A stretch of DNA of 64,000 nucleotides, taken from contig JAGWYT010000001.1 of NCBI GenBank assembly GCA_018969185.1, positions 13,959-77,958 on the forward strand, written 5' to 3'. Origin of the DNA: Rickettsiales bacterium. GTDB lineage: Bacteria; Pseudomonadota; Alphaproteobacteria; Rickettsiales; UBA1997. The position numbers and the translations under genes were made by a program. Within the stretch, counting starts at the first letter, position 1; each line of letters opens with the position of its first letter. Below, piece by piece: positions 27,391 through 36,484 of this stretch. The notes below the pieces were generated by a model that was not told where the DNA came from, did no database searches, and was given only the letters and a program-made list of their open reading frames with translations.

Positions 27391-27494
27391 ATTTTACTTG
27401 ATTAAAAATCATATTAACTATATTAACCATACTGGTTATATCAATTAATATGGTTAAAATAATTTTTATTTTTATGATTATAGAAGCAACTGCA

Positions 27495-27746
27495 ATGAAG
27501 CTTCGCCAAAATCTTGGTGAAATGATAAATCAGGTTCAATATCGCAATGCCGTTATTGAAATTACCAAAAGCTCTAAGCCTGTAGCTGCTTTGATTGGTA
27601 TTGAAATGTTTGAGAAAATTCAATTAATGCAAAAGGAATTTGATGCTGTTACTAAAAAAATAAGATCTTCTTTTAAAGATTCTTCTGCCGCTGAAATTGA
27701 AGATTTAATTAACGATGCAGTAAAAAAATCTCGTCGTAAAAAATAA
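27495..27746 (+). CDS. Phd/YefM-type antitoxin
   Basis: MKLRQNLGEMINQVQYRNAVIEITKSSKPVAALIGIEMFEKI fits the Phd/YefM N-terminal fold pattern. The true start is uncertain (27450, 27474 or 27495). TAATG overlap with the PIN gene. Confidence 0.8.
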   Translation: MKLRQNLGEMINQVQYRNAVIEITKSSKPVAALIGIEMFEKIQLMQKEFDAVTKKIRSSFKDSSAAEIEDLINDAVKKSRRKK

Positions 27747-28156
27747 TGAAAATAGTTCTTGATACTAATGTTTTTGTTTCTGGTTTATTCTTCCCAAAAA
27801 GCAATGCTGGAAGGATTCTGAATTCCTGTATTGAGGGTAAATTTAATTTGTGCTTAAGCGATGAGTTGTTGTCTGAAATTGAAAAAGTGCTTTTTTATCC
27901 AAAAATCAGAAAGCGTTTAAACTTATCTCAATTAGAAATTGAAAATTATTGTTCTCTTCTGCGGTTTAAATTTGAGATGTTTGGTATTAAAAATGTTAGA
28001 GCAAGTGTTGTAAAAGATAAAAAAGATAACCACATTTTAGCAACATTTATTGCAAGTGATGCTGATTATTTAATTACAGGAGATGATGATTTATTATCAA
28101 TGTCCGATGAATATAACATAGTTTCTTTAAGTGAATTTGTTAAAAAGTATTTTTAA
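27746..28156 (+). CDS. PIN-domain toxin (PIN_3 / TIGR00305-like)
   Basis: 136 aa. MKIVLDTNVFVSG (first acidic residue), DKKDNHILATFIASDADYLITGDDDLL (C-terminal acidic cluster). Confidence 0.85.
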   Translation: MKIVLDTNVFVSGLFFPKSNAGRILNSCIEGKFNLCLSDELLSEIEKVLFYPKIRKRLNLSQLEIENYCSLLRFKFEMFGIKNVRASVVKDKKDNHILATFIASDADYLITGDDDLLSMSDEYNIVSLSEFVKKYF

Positions 28157-28226
28157 TGTTATGAGAATTTTTATATTTTTCTTTTATTTTAATTCTTATT
28201 TTTAATAAATCTAAATTGCAAAGATC

Positions 28227-28937
28227 ATGTCAAATAAACCATCTAATGTTGATAACTGGATAAAAAATCGTTCCAAACATCAAGTTAAGGCTCTTGAAAA
28301 AGCCTCGAAGATTTTTGATGAAAAAGATTCTTTTACTGTTAACACTCTGGAAGCAATTTACGGACAAGAAAGTAGTTTTGGTGAGAGCTTAAGAGCGAGA
28401 GGTATCACAGGAGCGGCTGGACATTTTCATATAGAAAAGAAAACAGCAATTAGATTCGGTATGGTTGTTTCTAAAAATAATGACCAAAGATTTGATGTTG
28501 ATGATGCTACATATGTTGCTTCAAGATATCTCAAGGAACTTGATGGATTTTTTAGAAATGTCACAAATTTAGGAGGTGGCATCAAGTCAATAGCGGTTAC
28601 AAATAATGATGAGAGAAAATTATTTGTAATTGCCTCATACAATGCTGGTGAAGGTCGTATTGCTAAAGCTCAAAAAGAGGCAGAAAAAAATGGAAAAAAC
28701 CCACAATCTTGGGAAGATGTTAAAAATTATCTTATTGATGCTGGCGCAACGGAAAGTAAGGCTGAAGAAATTATTAAATATGTAGAAAAAATCATTGGAT
28801 ATGAAAAAGAATTTTCTACCAAATCAAAAGCAAATAAAGAATTAAAGGATAAAAAACCCAGTAAAAAAGCTATTAATGATGAGGGTTATTGGGTTACATT
28901 GGATGATGGAAAGCATGTTTTAATAGCAAAAAAATAA
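28227..28937 (+). CDS. SLT-domain lytic transglycosylase-like protein without signal peptide
   Basis: 236 aa. Catalytic-Glu motif IYGQESSFGE, plus ASYNAGEGRIAKA (AYNAG-type motif). The N-terminus MSNKPSNVDNWIKNRSKHQ is hydrophilic. The C-terminus ends GYWVTLDDGKHVLIAKK. Confidence 0.75.
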   Translation: MSNKPSNVDNWIKNRSKHQVKALEKASKIFDEKDSFTVNTLEAIYGQESSFGESLRARGITGAAGHFHIEKKTAIRFGMVVSKNNDQRFDVDDATYVASRYLKELDGFFRNVTNLGGGIKSIAVTNNDERKLFVIASYNAGEGRIAKAQKEAEKNGKNPQSWEDVKNYLIDAGATESKAEEIIKYVEKIIGYEKEFSTKSKANKELKDKKPSKKAINDEGYWVTLDDGKHVLIAKK

Positions 28938-28953
28938 CATAATTTATCAAAAA

Positions 28954-29421
28954 ATGAAAACTTCCCACAAGTGGTTTTTGATTTCAATCATTCTAACTCT
29001 CTCATCTTGCCAATCAAATTTTCTGCATAAAAGCAAATATCAAAAAATGCATGATCACAAAGCCAGCAAAGTCTTGCGTGAAATTTTTGATTTTTATTCC
29101 AGAATTAATTGCCCAGATGCTGCAACTAAAGGTGCCAAAGCTTTTAACAAAAAACAATTTGCAATGTTAAGAGAGAAATTTTTTGTTTTAGACATTCAAG
29201 AAAATGAATATTTGGAATATGTAATGAATATTGCAATAGTACCTAAAAATTATCCCAAGAAAGTAAAAATATGGCGATTGGTTTTAGCTAAAAGCAAATG
29301 GGAAAAAAGTGGTTATGAGATAATTAAATTCGATGAATATCCATTTAAAGATGTTGAAGGTGAAAAATTATTATTTGATCAAGAATATTCAAAATATTGG
29401 GTAGAGTCCGAGATTTATTAA
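28954..29421 (+). CDS. Lipoprotein, unknown function
   Basis: 155 aa. Signal/lipobox WFLISIILTLSSC. No recognisable domain. Confidence 0.55.
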   Translation: MKTSHKWFLISIILTLSSCQSNFLHKSKYQKMHDHKASKVLREIFDFYSRINCPDAATKGAKAFNKKQFAMLREKFFVLDIQENEYLEYVMNIAIVPKNYPKKVKIWRLVLAKSKWEKSGYEIIKFDEYPFKDVEGEKLLFDQEYSKYWVESEIY

Positions 29422-29488
29422 GCATTTAACCGTTCTGTGTAAATTTCGGGAGTTTGTTTCTGTTGTACCACAATAAATTTGGAAATTA

Positions 29489-29553
29489 AATCACCACGTC
29501 TTGGAAATGCTTTGCACTTTGATCCACGATCTTTGTAAAAAGAGGATTTAAGA
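29489..29553. repeat. Degenerate half-copy of palindromic family B
   Basis: aaatcaccacgtcttggaaatgctttgcactttgatccacgatctttgtaaaaagaggatttaaga parallels aaatcacccgtcttgaaattgccaaagcaatttcaagccaccatcttttacaaagagggtttaaaa (B2). Confidence 0.45.
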
Positions 29554-29763
29554 GATGTGCAACATATTGTGCCAAGTTTTAGCATTTTTGCCGGCTATTT
29601 ATTTTTACTTTTGACTTTTTGAAGAATTCTAAGAAGATCTAAAAAAATCCCACAAATTTTACTTTGCCACAAATGAAAAATCTTCACGAAGAATATAAAA
29701 AATCAGACCAGGAATTAAGAATAAAGAGGTCGATGATGTTTCTTGATTTGATTAGGAGGTGCG

Positions 29764-32337
29764 ATGTCAGAAAATACTAATTATCAAAATATATTAAAAG
29801 AATCCTATTCTAGTTATGATTTAAATGCTAGAAAACAAAGGCTTAGAATAGGTTTGTTCATAGCTTTAGCATTTGTAGCGGCTTTTGGAATTCTGGATTT
29901 CTTTTATTATCGATCTGATTTTATTTTATTAATTACAATTCGATTCGTAACGGAAGTTGTTTTGATAACTCTATTTTTTATCCTTCGCTTAAGTAGTGGT
30001 GAAAGGATAAAAATGTTAGAAAAGATTTGGGCTATTTTTTTATTCATATTTATAGATGTACTCATTTTTTTCACTGAAGGAGCTACATCTTCCTATTATG
30101 CTGGTCTAAACTTGACGGTCGTTGCGATGTCAGTATTGATGTTGTGGACTTTTAAAGAAGCATTATTTGTATGTTTCTCTTTAGTTTTTTTATACATAAT
30201 AACCATAGTTATACATCATAATATAACAAGGGTTGATTATGATTCACGGGTTCTGGTTAACAATATATTTTTCATTATAGGTACAGCAATAATTTGCGTT
30301 ATTGCAAGTTATGTAAATTCAAAAAAACGCTTCCAAGAATTCTGCCTCAATTACGAACTTGAACAAAACAACCAAAAACTTGCAGCGTTAGATAAAATAA
30401 AATCGCAGTTTTTTGCTAATGTTAGCCATGAATTAAGAACTCCTCTGACCTTGATTTTAGCGCCAACGCAAGACGTGTTGCAGGACACTGGCAATAGCAT
30501 TTCGCAAAAAGTTCAATCTTCTTTAGAAGTGATTAATAAAAATGCTTTACGGCTTTTAAAATTGGTTAATGACCTGCTTGATATAACCAAGCTTGAAGAA
30601 GGAAAATCAGATCTAAAATTACAAAAGCTTGAAGTGAATAATTTGGTTGCGGGTCTTTCAGATTCAGTGTCGCACTTGGCTAAATTGAAGGGAGTTAGAA
30701 TAGTTAAAAATATAATGACCAAAGATTTATTCATTGCGGCGGATGTGGATGCAATGGAAAAAATAATTTTAAATCTTCTTGGTAATGCCATTAAATTTAC
30801 TGATAAAGGCGGAGAAATAAAGGTTTCAACCTCTATTCAAGAAAATGACATTGTGATTTCAATTGCAGATGATGGCATTGGAATTAGCTCTGATAATTTG
30901 CCTTATATTTTTGATCGCTTCAAACAAGTTGACAGTTCAAGCACCAGAAAATATCAGGGAACTGGTTTAGGCCTTGCTTTGGTGAAGGAGTTAACCGAAT
31001 TGCAAAAAGGGCAAGTGAGTGTTGAAAGTGTGATAGATAATGGAACTATTTTTAAATTATCTTTCCCAAGATTGACTGAGAAGAATCTTGACGTTGTTGG
31101 TTTATTATCTGAAGAGGAAGATGCTGATATTCTAAAAATGACAAAAATGGCGCGCCGAGTAATGCCAAAAATTGTTGATGAAGAGTCAGATCAAGAGTTT
31201 AGTTTTGTTAATCGTGATGCCAAGACAGTGTTGGTTGCAGAGGATGAGCCTGACATGAGCAGTTATATAACAAATCTTGTCAAAGGCGAAGGTTATAATG
31301 TTATTAAGGCGAAGGACGGCAAGGTGGCGCTTGAACTGGCTAATAGATTTTCTCCTGATTTGATAATACTTGATTTGATGCTTCCTGAAATTGATGGTTT
31401 GTTAATTTGCGAACAGTTGAAATCAGATGATAGAACCAGATTTATCAAGATTATAATGGTGACAGCGCGAAGTGACGAAAAATCAAAATTAACCGCTTTA
31501 AAAAATGGTGTTGATGATTTTGTTAATAAGCCTTTTAGCAGCAGTGAGCTTAAGGCAAGAATAAATAACATCTTAAAATCTGATAGGTTACAAAAAGATA
31601 TGTATCAGCAATTAAGAAAAGCGATGGATCAATTAACTTTGGCACAAAACAGGCTGGTGCGCAGTGAGAAGCTGAATATTATGGGCAGGCTGCCAGAAGA
31701 GATTATGCATGGGGTGAAAAACCCTCTAAATTATATGGTTACTGCGCTTTATTCAATGAAGCTGGATCCAACGGTGAACAGCGATCCAGAGCTAATTAGC
31801 ATTATCAGAGACGTGGAAGATGGGGTAAAAAGGATTGATGACATAGTGTCCGATATTAGGTCTTTTGCTGATTTTAGTGAGATTGACAGAACAAAATTCT
31901 TGATTAAAGATGCGGTTGATGATGCTGTGAAATTTATTAGATATGAATTAAGAAATATAAAAGTTGATTTGGATGTTGATAATAAATTATATGTGATAGC
32001 ATCAAAAAATCACATTACACAGGTACTGATAAATTTAATTAGTAATGCAATTAAAGCCATAATTGCATCTGAAAATAATGTTGGAAAAATTACGATCAGA
32101 TGTAAACATGAGGAAAATAAAGCAGTAGTTACGGTAAGTGATAATGGTATTGGAATTAGAAATGAGGATTTGAAAGTAATTTTTAATCCTTTTTTCACAA
32201 CCAAAGATATTGGATCCGGAATTGGTCTGGGGCTTAATATTAGCTATGTTATAATCAATAATCACAATAGCGAATTAAAAGTTATTAGTGAATTTGGCAA
32301 AGGCAGCAGCTTTTATTTTGACTTACCGATTTGGTGA
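29764..32337 (+). CDS. Membrane sensor with two kinase cores: TM domain - HisKA/HATPase - receiver - second HisKA/HATPase (PhcS-PhcR-like fusion), paralog 1
   Basis: 857 aa. RBS aggaggtgcgATG. About 6 TM helices. H-box 1 FANVSHELRTPL, with N/G boxes LLGNAIKFT, DDGIGI, GTGLGLALV. REC VLVAEDEPDM...IILDLMLPEIDG...NKPF. Second core SEKLNIMGRLPEEIMHGVKNPLNY, LINLISNAIKA, DNGIGI, GSGIGLGL. Confidence 0.9.
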   Translation: MSENTNYQNILKESYSSYDLNARKQRLRIGLFIALAFVAAFGILDFFYYRSDFILLITIRFVTEVVLITLFFILRLSSGERIKMLEKIWAIFLFIFIDVLIFFTEGATSSYYAGLNLTVVAMSVLMLWTFKEALFVCFSLVFLYIITIVIHHNITRVDYDSRVLVNNIFFIIGTAIICVIASYVNSKKRFQEFCLNYELEQNNQKLAALDKIKSQFFANVSHELRTPLTLILAPTQDVLQDTGNSISQKVQSSLEVINKNALRLLKLVNDLLDITKLEEGKSDLKLQKLEVNNLVAGLSDSVSHLAKLKGVRIVKNIMTKDLFIAADVDAMEKIILNLLGNAIKFTDKGGEIKVSTSIQENDIVISIADDGIGISSDNLPYIFDRFKQVDSSSTRKYQGTGLGLALVKELTELQKGQVSVESVIDNGTIFKLSFPRLTEKNLDVVGLLSEEEDADILKMTKMARRVMPKIVDEESDQEFSFVNRDAKTVLVAEDEPDMSSYITNLVKGEGYNVIKAKDGKVALELANRFSPDLIILDLMLPEIDGLLICEQLKSDDRTRFIKIIMVTARSDEKSKLTALKNGVDDFVNKPFSSSELKARINNILKSDRLQKDMYQQLRKAMDQLTLAQNRLVRSEKLNIMGRLPEEIMHGVKNPLNYMVTALYSMKLDPTVNSDPELISIIRDVEDGVKRIDDIVSDIRSFADFSEIDRTKFLIKDAVDDAVKFIRYELRNIKVDLDVDNKLYVIASKNHITQVLINLISNAIKAIIASENNVGKITIRCKHEENKAVVTVSDNGIGIRNEDLKVIFNPFFTTKDIGSGIGLGLNISYVIINNHNSELKVISEFGKGSSFYFDLPIW

Positions 32338-32422
32338 TATTTGGTTAAGTTTTTGATGTAATCTATAATTGTTACAATTTTCCAATTTATATAATAACTT
32401 TGAAAATTATTAATTTGTTCGG

Positions 32423-33811
32423 ATGGAAAAAGTAAATTTTGTAGATAATGAATTAGTTGTTTTTAAGAATAGTCAAGGTCTGAAGGCTCGCGGTACTCTG
32501 CTCAAATTGTCTCAAAACTATATAGTTTTCGAGGTTTATAATCCATATTCGATAGTTCAGTTAAGTGAGGTTTTAAATGAGTTAACAATTACAAGAGCTG
32601 AGAAGCAGATATACTGTGGTAAAGCAATTGTAACAAATATTGTTAATACTGGGATAATTTTAATTGTTTCAGCAACTCTTTCAGATGTATATTGGAAAAG
32701 CACTGTTGATATTGACTCGCAAGAAGATATTCAAAAGGAAATAAAGTTTCTGATTGATAGTTTTGATTTAACACAAAAGATTAGTCCTGAGTTTAGATTG
32801 AATATTTTATCAATAAGATCATTTCTATCAGATATAAAGAATTGGCTTGAAAAACTAGAACCATCTCTTGAAAAAGCTAATATTGAAATAAGCTCTGATT
32901 TTATGTTAACCAATTTTTCTTCTTTATTTAAGAAAGCTGATCAATTAAGTCATGAATTTCATGATCTATCATTGCAGATTTCCAAGGATGAAATTGATTG
33001 TTATAGAGATTTTACTCAGGGTTTGTTGCATCCTTTCTTTATGTCTTCGCCATTTCCTTACAGGGTTTATTCAAAGCCCTTAGGATACGCCGGTGATTAT
33101 GAAATGATGAGAATGATTCAAAGAGAAAATGCTGAAGGTCCTAATCTTTTTGCAAAGTTTGTTAATGTTTTTTACACAAATATTCCAATTGCAAATTCTG
33201 TAAAAAATAGAACCAATAGATTAGTAGGATTGATTGAGGAAGGTGTTAAACTAGCAGAACAAAAAAACGAAGAATATAATTCCCTCAGTATAGGCTGTGG
33301 TCCAGCTTTGGAAGTAAAGCAATTTATAGAAAATAATTTTCCTAAAACAAAATGTAATTTTAAGCTGTTAGATTTTAATGAAGAGACTATGAATTTTGCG
33401 GTGAATCAAGCAAATAACGTTAAAAAAGATAAATCATGCGAGATTAGTGGTGAACTGAATTCAGTTCATGAACTTTTAAAAAGAAGCATCAACAAAAAAG
33501 AAGAAGAAGAAAGGTATGATTTAGTTTATTGTTCTGGATTATTTGACTATCTATCAGATAGAGTTTGTTCTAAGTTGGTAAAATTATTTTACTCTATGGT
33601 TAAGCCAGGTGGAAAAGTTTTTGTTACTAATATGCATTCTAATAATTACCATCATCATTTAATGGAAATTATATTTGAGTGGTATTTGATTTATAGAGAT
33701 GAAAGAGTTATTGCCGATTTCGCACCTGGTTTAGGAAAACAGAAGATTTATACAGATTCAACTGGAGTTAATTTATGTTTGGAAATTATCAAAGAAACTT
33801 CTGATAAATGA
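32423..33811 (+). CDS. PhcB-like class I SAM-dependent methyltransferase with a long N-terminal non-catalytic region
   Basis: 462 aa. C-terminal MTase motifs LSIGCGPALE (motif I), KLLDFNEE, YDLVYCSGLFDYLSD (motif II), GGKVFVTN (motif III). The first ~90 aa are beta-rich and weakly PilZ-like (KARGTLLKLSQNYIVFEV). The stop overlaps the next kinase start (ATGA at 33808-33811). The PhcB assignment rests on architecture and context, not on a search. Confidence 0.7.
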   Translation: MEKVNFVDNELVVFKNSQGLKARGTLLKLSQNYIVFEVYNPYSIVQLSEVLNELTITRAEKQIYCGKAIVTNIVNTGIILIVSATLSDVYWKSTVDIDSQEDIQKEIKFLIDSFDLTQKISPEFRLNILSIRSFLSDIKNWLEKLEPSLEKANIEISSDFMLTNFSSLFKKADQLSHEFHDLSLQISKDEIDCYRDFTQGLLHPFFMSSPFPYRVYSKPLGYAGDYEMMRMIQRENAEGPNLFAKFVNVFYTNIPIANSVKNRTNRLVGLIEEGVKLAEQKNEEYNSLSIGCGPALEVKQFIENNFPKTKCNFKLLDFNEETMNFAVNQANNVKKDKSCEISGELNSVHELLKRSINKKEEEERYDLVYCSGLFDYLSDRVCSKLVKLFYSMVKPGGKVFVTNMHSNNYHHHLMEIIFEWYLIYRDERVIADFAPGLGKQKIYTDSTGVNLCLEIIKETSDK

Positions 33812-36477
33812 TTGACGAGAAATATCGTAATAGTTTAAGAGAGCCTTATCAGAAATATGATATTGAAGAACTATATAAAAATAGGCTTAGCCTGATAATA
33901 GTTATTAGTATCATATTTATTGTGTTTTTTGGAGCTCTTGATGTTGTAATGTATAAGGAAGTATGTTTAGAGCTAATAATGGCAAGGTTGGTTGTCGATT
34001 TGTTTTTAATGCTTACTTTGTTCGTAGTGCACAGAAAGTTAGTAAATTTAAAACTAGTTAGTTTTATTTGGAGTCTTGCGGTAATAGTTTTAATTGATGT
34101 TTTGATAATAATTACGGGGGAGGGACCGCTTTCTCCGTATTACGCTGGTTTAAATTTAGTAATAGTATCTTCTGCAGCTCTTCTTTCTTGGAAATGGTAT
34201 GAAATGAGTTTCATATGTATTCTGATGTTAGTATCGTATGCTATCTCTTCCGTTGCTAGTTTGAATCATACTTATGAAGTTAATCTTAACTTCCCAATGC
34301 TCATAAATAATCTATTCTTTTTATTTTCTACTAGTTGTTTTTGTACTCTAGCGGCATACCTTAATTATAGACAACGCTTCAAAGAATTCTGCCTTAACTA
34401 CGAATTGGAAGAAAAGAACAAAAAACTAGCCGCAATTGATGAAATGAAATCAGAGTTTTTTGCTAATGTTAGTCATGAATTTAGAACTCCATTAACTTTG
34501 ATTTTAGGGCCAATACAAGATGTGTTACATGGTTCTCTGAAACTGCCAGATAAGGTGGCGTCAATTCTTGATATTATTCAACAAAATGCTTTGCGACTTT
34601 TAAAATTAGTAAATGATTTGCTTGATGTAACAAAGTTGGAAGAGAGAAAATTTAATGTAAAATTACAAAAGACTGAAGCAAATAAATTAATTGGCGGGCT
34701 TGCGGATTCAATGGCTCTGATGGCTTCTTCCAAAGAAATTGAGATTGTAAAAAATATTAGTAAGGAAGATTTATTTATTGCAATTGATGCTGATGCAATG
34801 GAAAAAATAATTCTCAATTTGCTGAACAACGCCATTAAATTTACTCCTAATGGTGGTGTTATTAATGTTTCAACAGTAAAAGAAATTTACACAATCAGCA
34901 ATAAAAAGCAGGGTGAAATTCAAAAAGAAAATATCGTAATCACCGTTAAAGATAATGGTATAGGAATTGATGCAGAAAATTTACCGCACATTTTTGAACG
35001 CTTCAAACAGGTTGATAGTTCAAGCACCAGAAAATATCAGGGAACAGGTTTAGGGCTTTCATTAGTGAAAGAATTAACTGAATTGCAAGGTGGCAAAGTT
35101 AAAGTAGAAAGTGCTCCTAATCAAGGAACCAGCTTTGCATTAATATTTCCGGCTTTTGAAGAGCAAATGCTTGCTAAAAAAGAAGAAATTCAAAAGGAAG
35201 AAGTTAAAATTGAAGCGAATCCATCTAATGCTCACGAATTAAAAGTGGAAGAAGATAAATTATCAAATATTCACAAAATGGCGGTGAGAGCAAGAAAAGT
35301 AACTAATGATGATGATCACGGTTTGGAAGAGGTGGTTGGCAAAATTAATCAGGATGCAAAAACAATATTGGTGGCAGATGATGAGCCTGACATGCGCTAT
35401 TACATTGTCAGTATTTTGAAGGAAGAAGGATATAATATTATTCAATCAAAAGATGGCAGAGCCGCGCTTGAAATGGTTAAAAAATATAATCCTGATTTAA
35501 TTGTGCTGGATTTGATGATGCCTGAAATTGATGGTTTGTCTGTGTGCGATATTATTAGAAAAGATGAAAATATGAAGATGACCAAAATAATAATGCTTAC
35601 AGCAAGAAGTGACGAAGGCTCTAAAATCAAGGCATTACAAAATGGTGTGGATGATTTTGTGAATAAGCCTTTTGGCAGCACGGAAATAAAAAGCCGAATT
35701 AAAAATTTATTGCAAAATAGTGAATTGCAAAAAGAAGTATTTCATAAGAATTTAGATCTAACAAAAACTTTAACTGATTTACGTTCAACCCAAGCACAAC
35801 TTGTGCAAAGTGAAAAGATAAATGCAATTGGAAGCCTTTCTGCTGGTTTGTTGCATGAGGTGAATAATCCGCTTAATTACACAATGACAGCAGTGCAGCT
35901 AATGAAGATGGAGCCTGCGGTGAATGCTGATGCTGATTTAAAAGATACTCTGAAAGATATTGAAGAAGGCATGACGCGAATCAAAGATATTGTTAGTGAT
36001 TTGCGCGCTTTTGCTTATCCTGAAGAAGCGGACAAGAAAGTTCAATTCCCAATTCGTGATGCAATTGAAAGCACGTTGCGCTTCACGGCAAGTGAAACAA
36101 AAGATATTGAAAAAATAATTAATGTGGCGCCAGAGCTTATGGTGAGCGCGTCAAAAACTCATATTGTGCAAGTGTTAATTAACTTAGTTTCAAATGCAGC
36201 AAGAGCAATTAGCAAAGCGAATCGTGAAAAAGGTGTGATTACAATTGATGCTAAAGAAGAAAATGGTCGCATCAAAATTTCTGTTTCTGACAATGGAACT
36301 GGCATGAATGAAGAAACTTTAAAAAGAGTTTTTGATCCGTTCTTTACAACTAACGAAGTGGGGAAAGGCATGGGTCTTGGCTTAAGCGTTAGTCACACAA
36401 TTATTAAAAATCATGGTGGAAATTTGGCGGCGGAAAGTGTGCTTGGAGAAGGCAGTAAATTTTATTTTGAGCTTTAA
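33808..36477 (+). CDS. Membrane sensor with two kinase cores (PhcS-PhcR-like fusion), paralog 2
   Basis: 889 aa. Same architecture as 29764..32337, with long near-identical blocks (RFKEFCLNYELEEKNKKLAAIDEMKSEFFANVSHEFRTPLTLIL; ALRLLKLVNDLLDVTKLEE). REC ILVADDEPDM...IVLDLMMPEIDG. Canonical second H-box LSAGLLHEVNNPLNY, then LINLVSNAARA, DNGTGM, GKGMGLGL. Confidence 0.9.
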   Translation: MIDEKYRNSLREPYQKYDIEELYKNRLSLIIVISIIFIVFFGALDVVMYKEVCLELIMARLVVDLFLMLTLFVVHRKLVNLKLVSFIWSLAVIVLIDVLIIITGEGPLSPYYAGLNLVIVSSAALLSWKWYEMSFICILMLVSYAISSVASLNHTYEVNLNFPMLINNLFFLFSTSCFCTLAAYLNYRQRFKEFCLNYELEEKNKKLAAIDEMKSEFFANVSHEFRTPLTLILGPIQDVLHGSLKLPDKVASILDIIQQNALRLLKLVNDLLDVTKLEERKFNVKLQKTEANKLIGGLADSMALMASSKEIEIVKNISKEDLFIAIDADAMEKIILNLLNNAIKFTPNGGVINVSTVKEIYTISNKKQGEIQKENIVITVKDNGIGIDAENLPHIFERFKQVDSSSTRKYQGTGLGLSLVKELTELQGGKVKVESAPNQGTSFALIFPAFEEQMLAKKEEIQKEEVKIEANPSNAHELKVEEDKLSNIHKMAVRARKVTNDDDHGLEEVVGKINQDAKTILVADDEPDMRYYIVSILKEEGYNIIQSKDGRAALEMVKKYNPDLIVLDLMMPEIDGLSVCDIIRKDENMKMTKIIMLTARSDEGSKIKALQNGVDDFVNKPFGSTEIKSRIKNLLQNSELQKEVFHKNLDLTKTLTDLRSTQAQLVQSEKINAIGSLSAGLLHEVNNPLNYTMTAVQLMKMEPAVNADADLKDTLKDIEEGMTRIKDIVSDLRAFAYPEEADKKVQFPIRDAIESTLRFTASETKDIEKIINVAPELMVSASKTHIVQVLINLVSNAARAISKANREKGVITIDAKEENGRIKISVSDNGTGMNEETLKRVFDPFFTTNEVGKGMGLGLSVSHTIIKNHGGNLAAESVLGEGSKFYFEL

Positions 36478-36484
36478 GCGTTAA

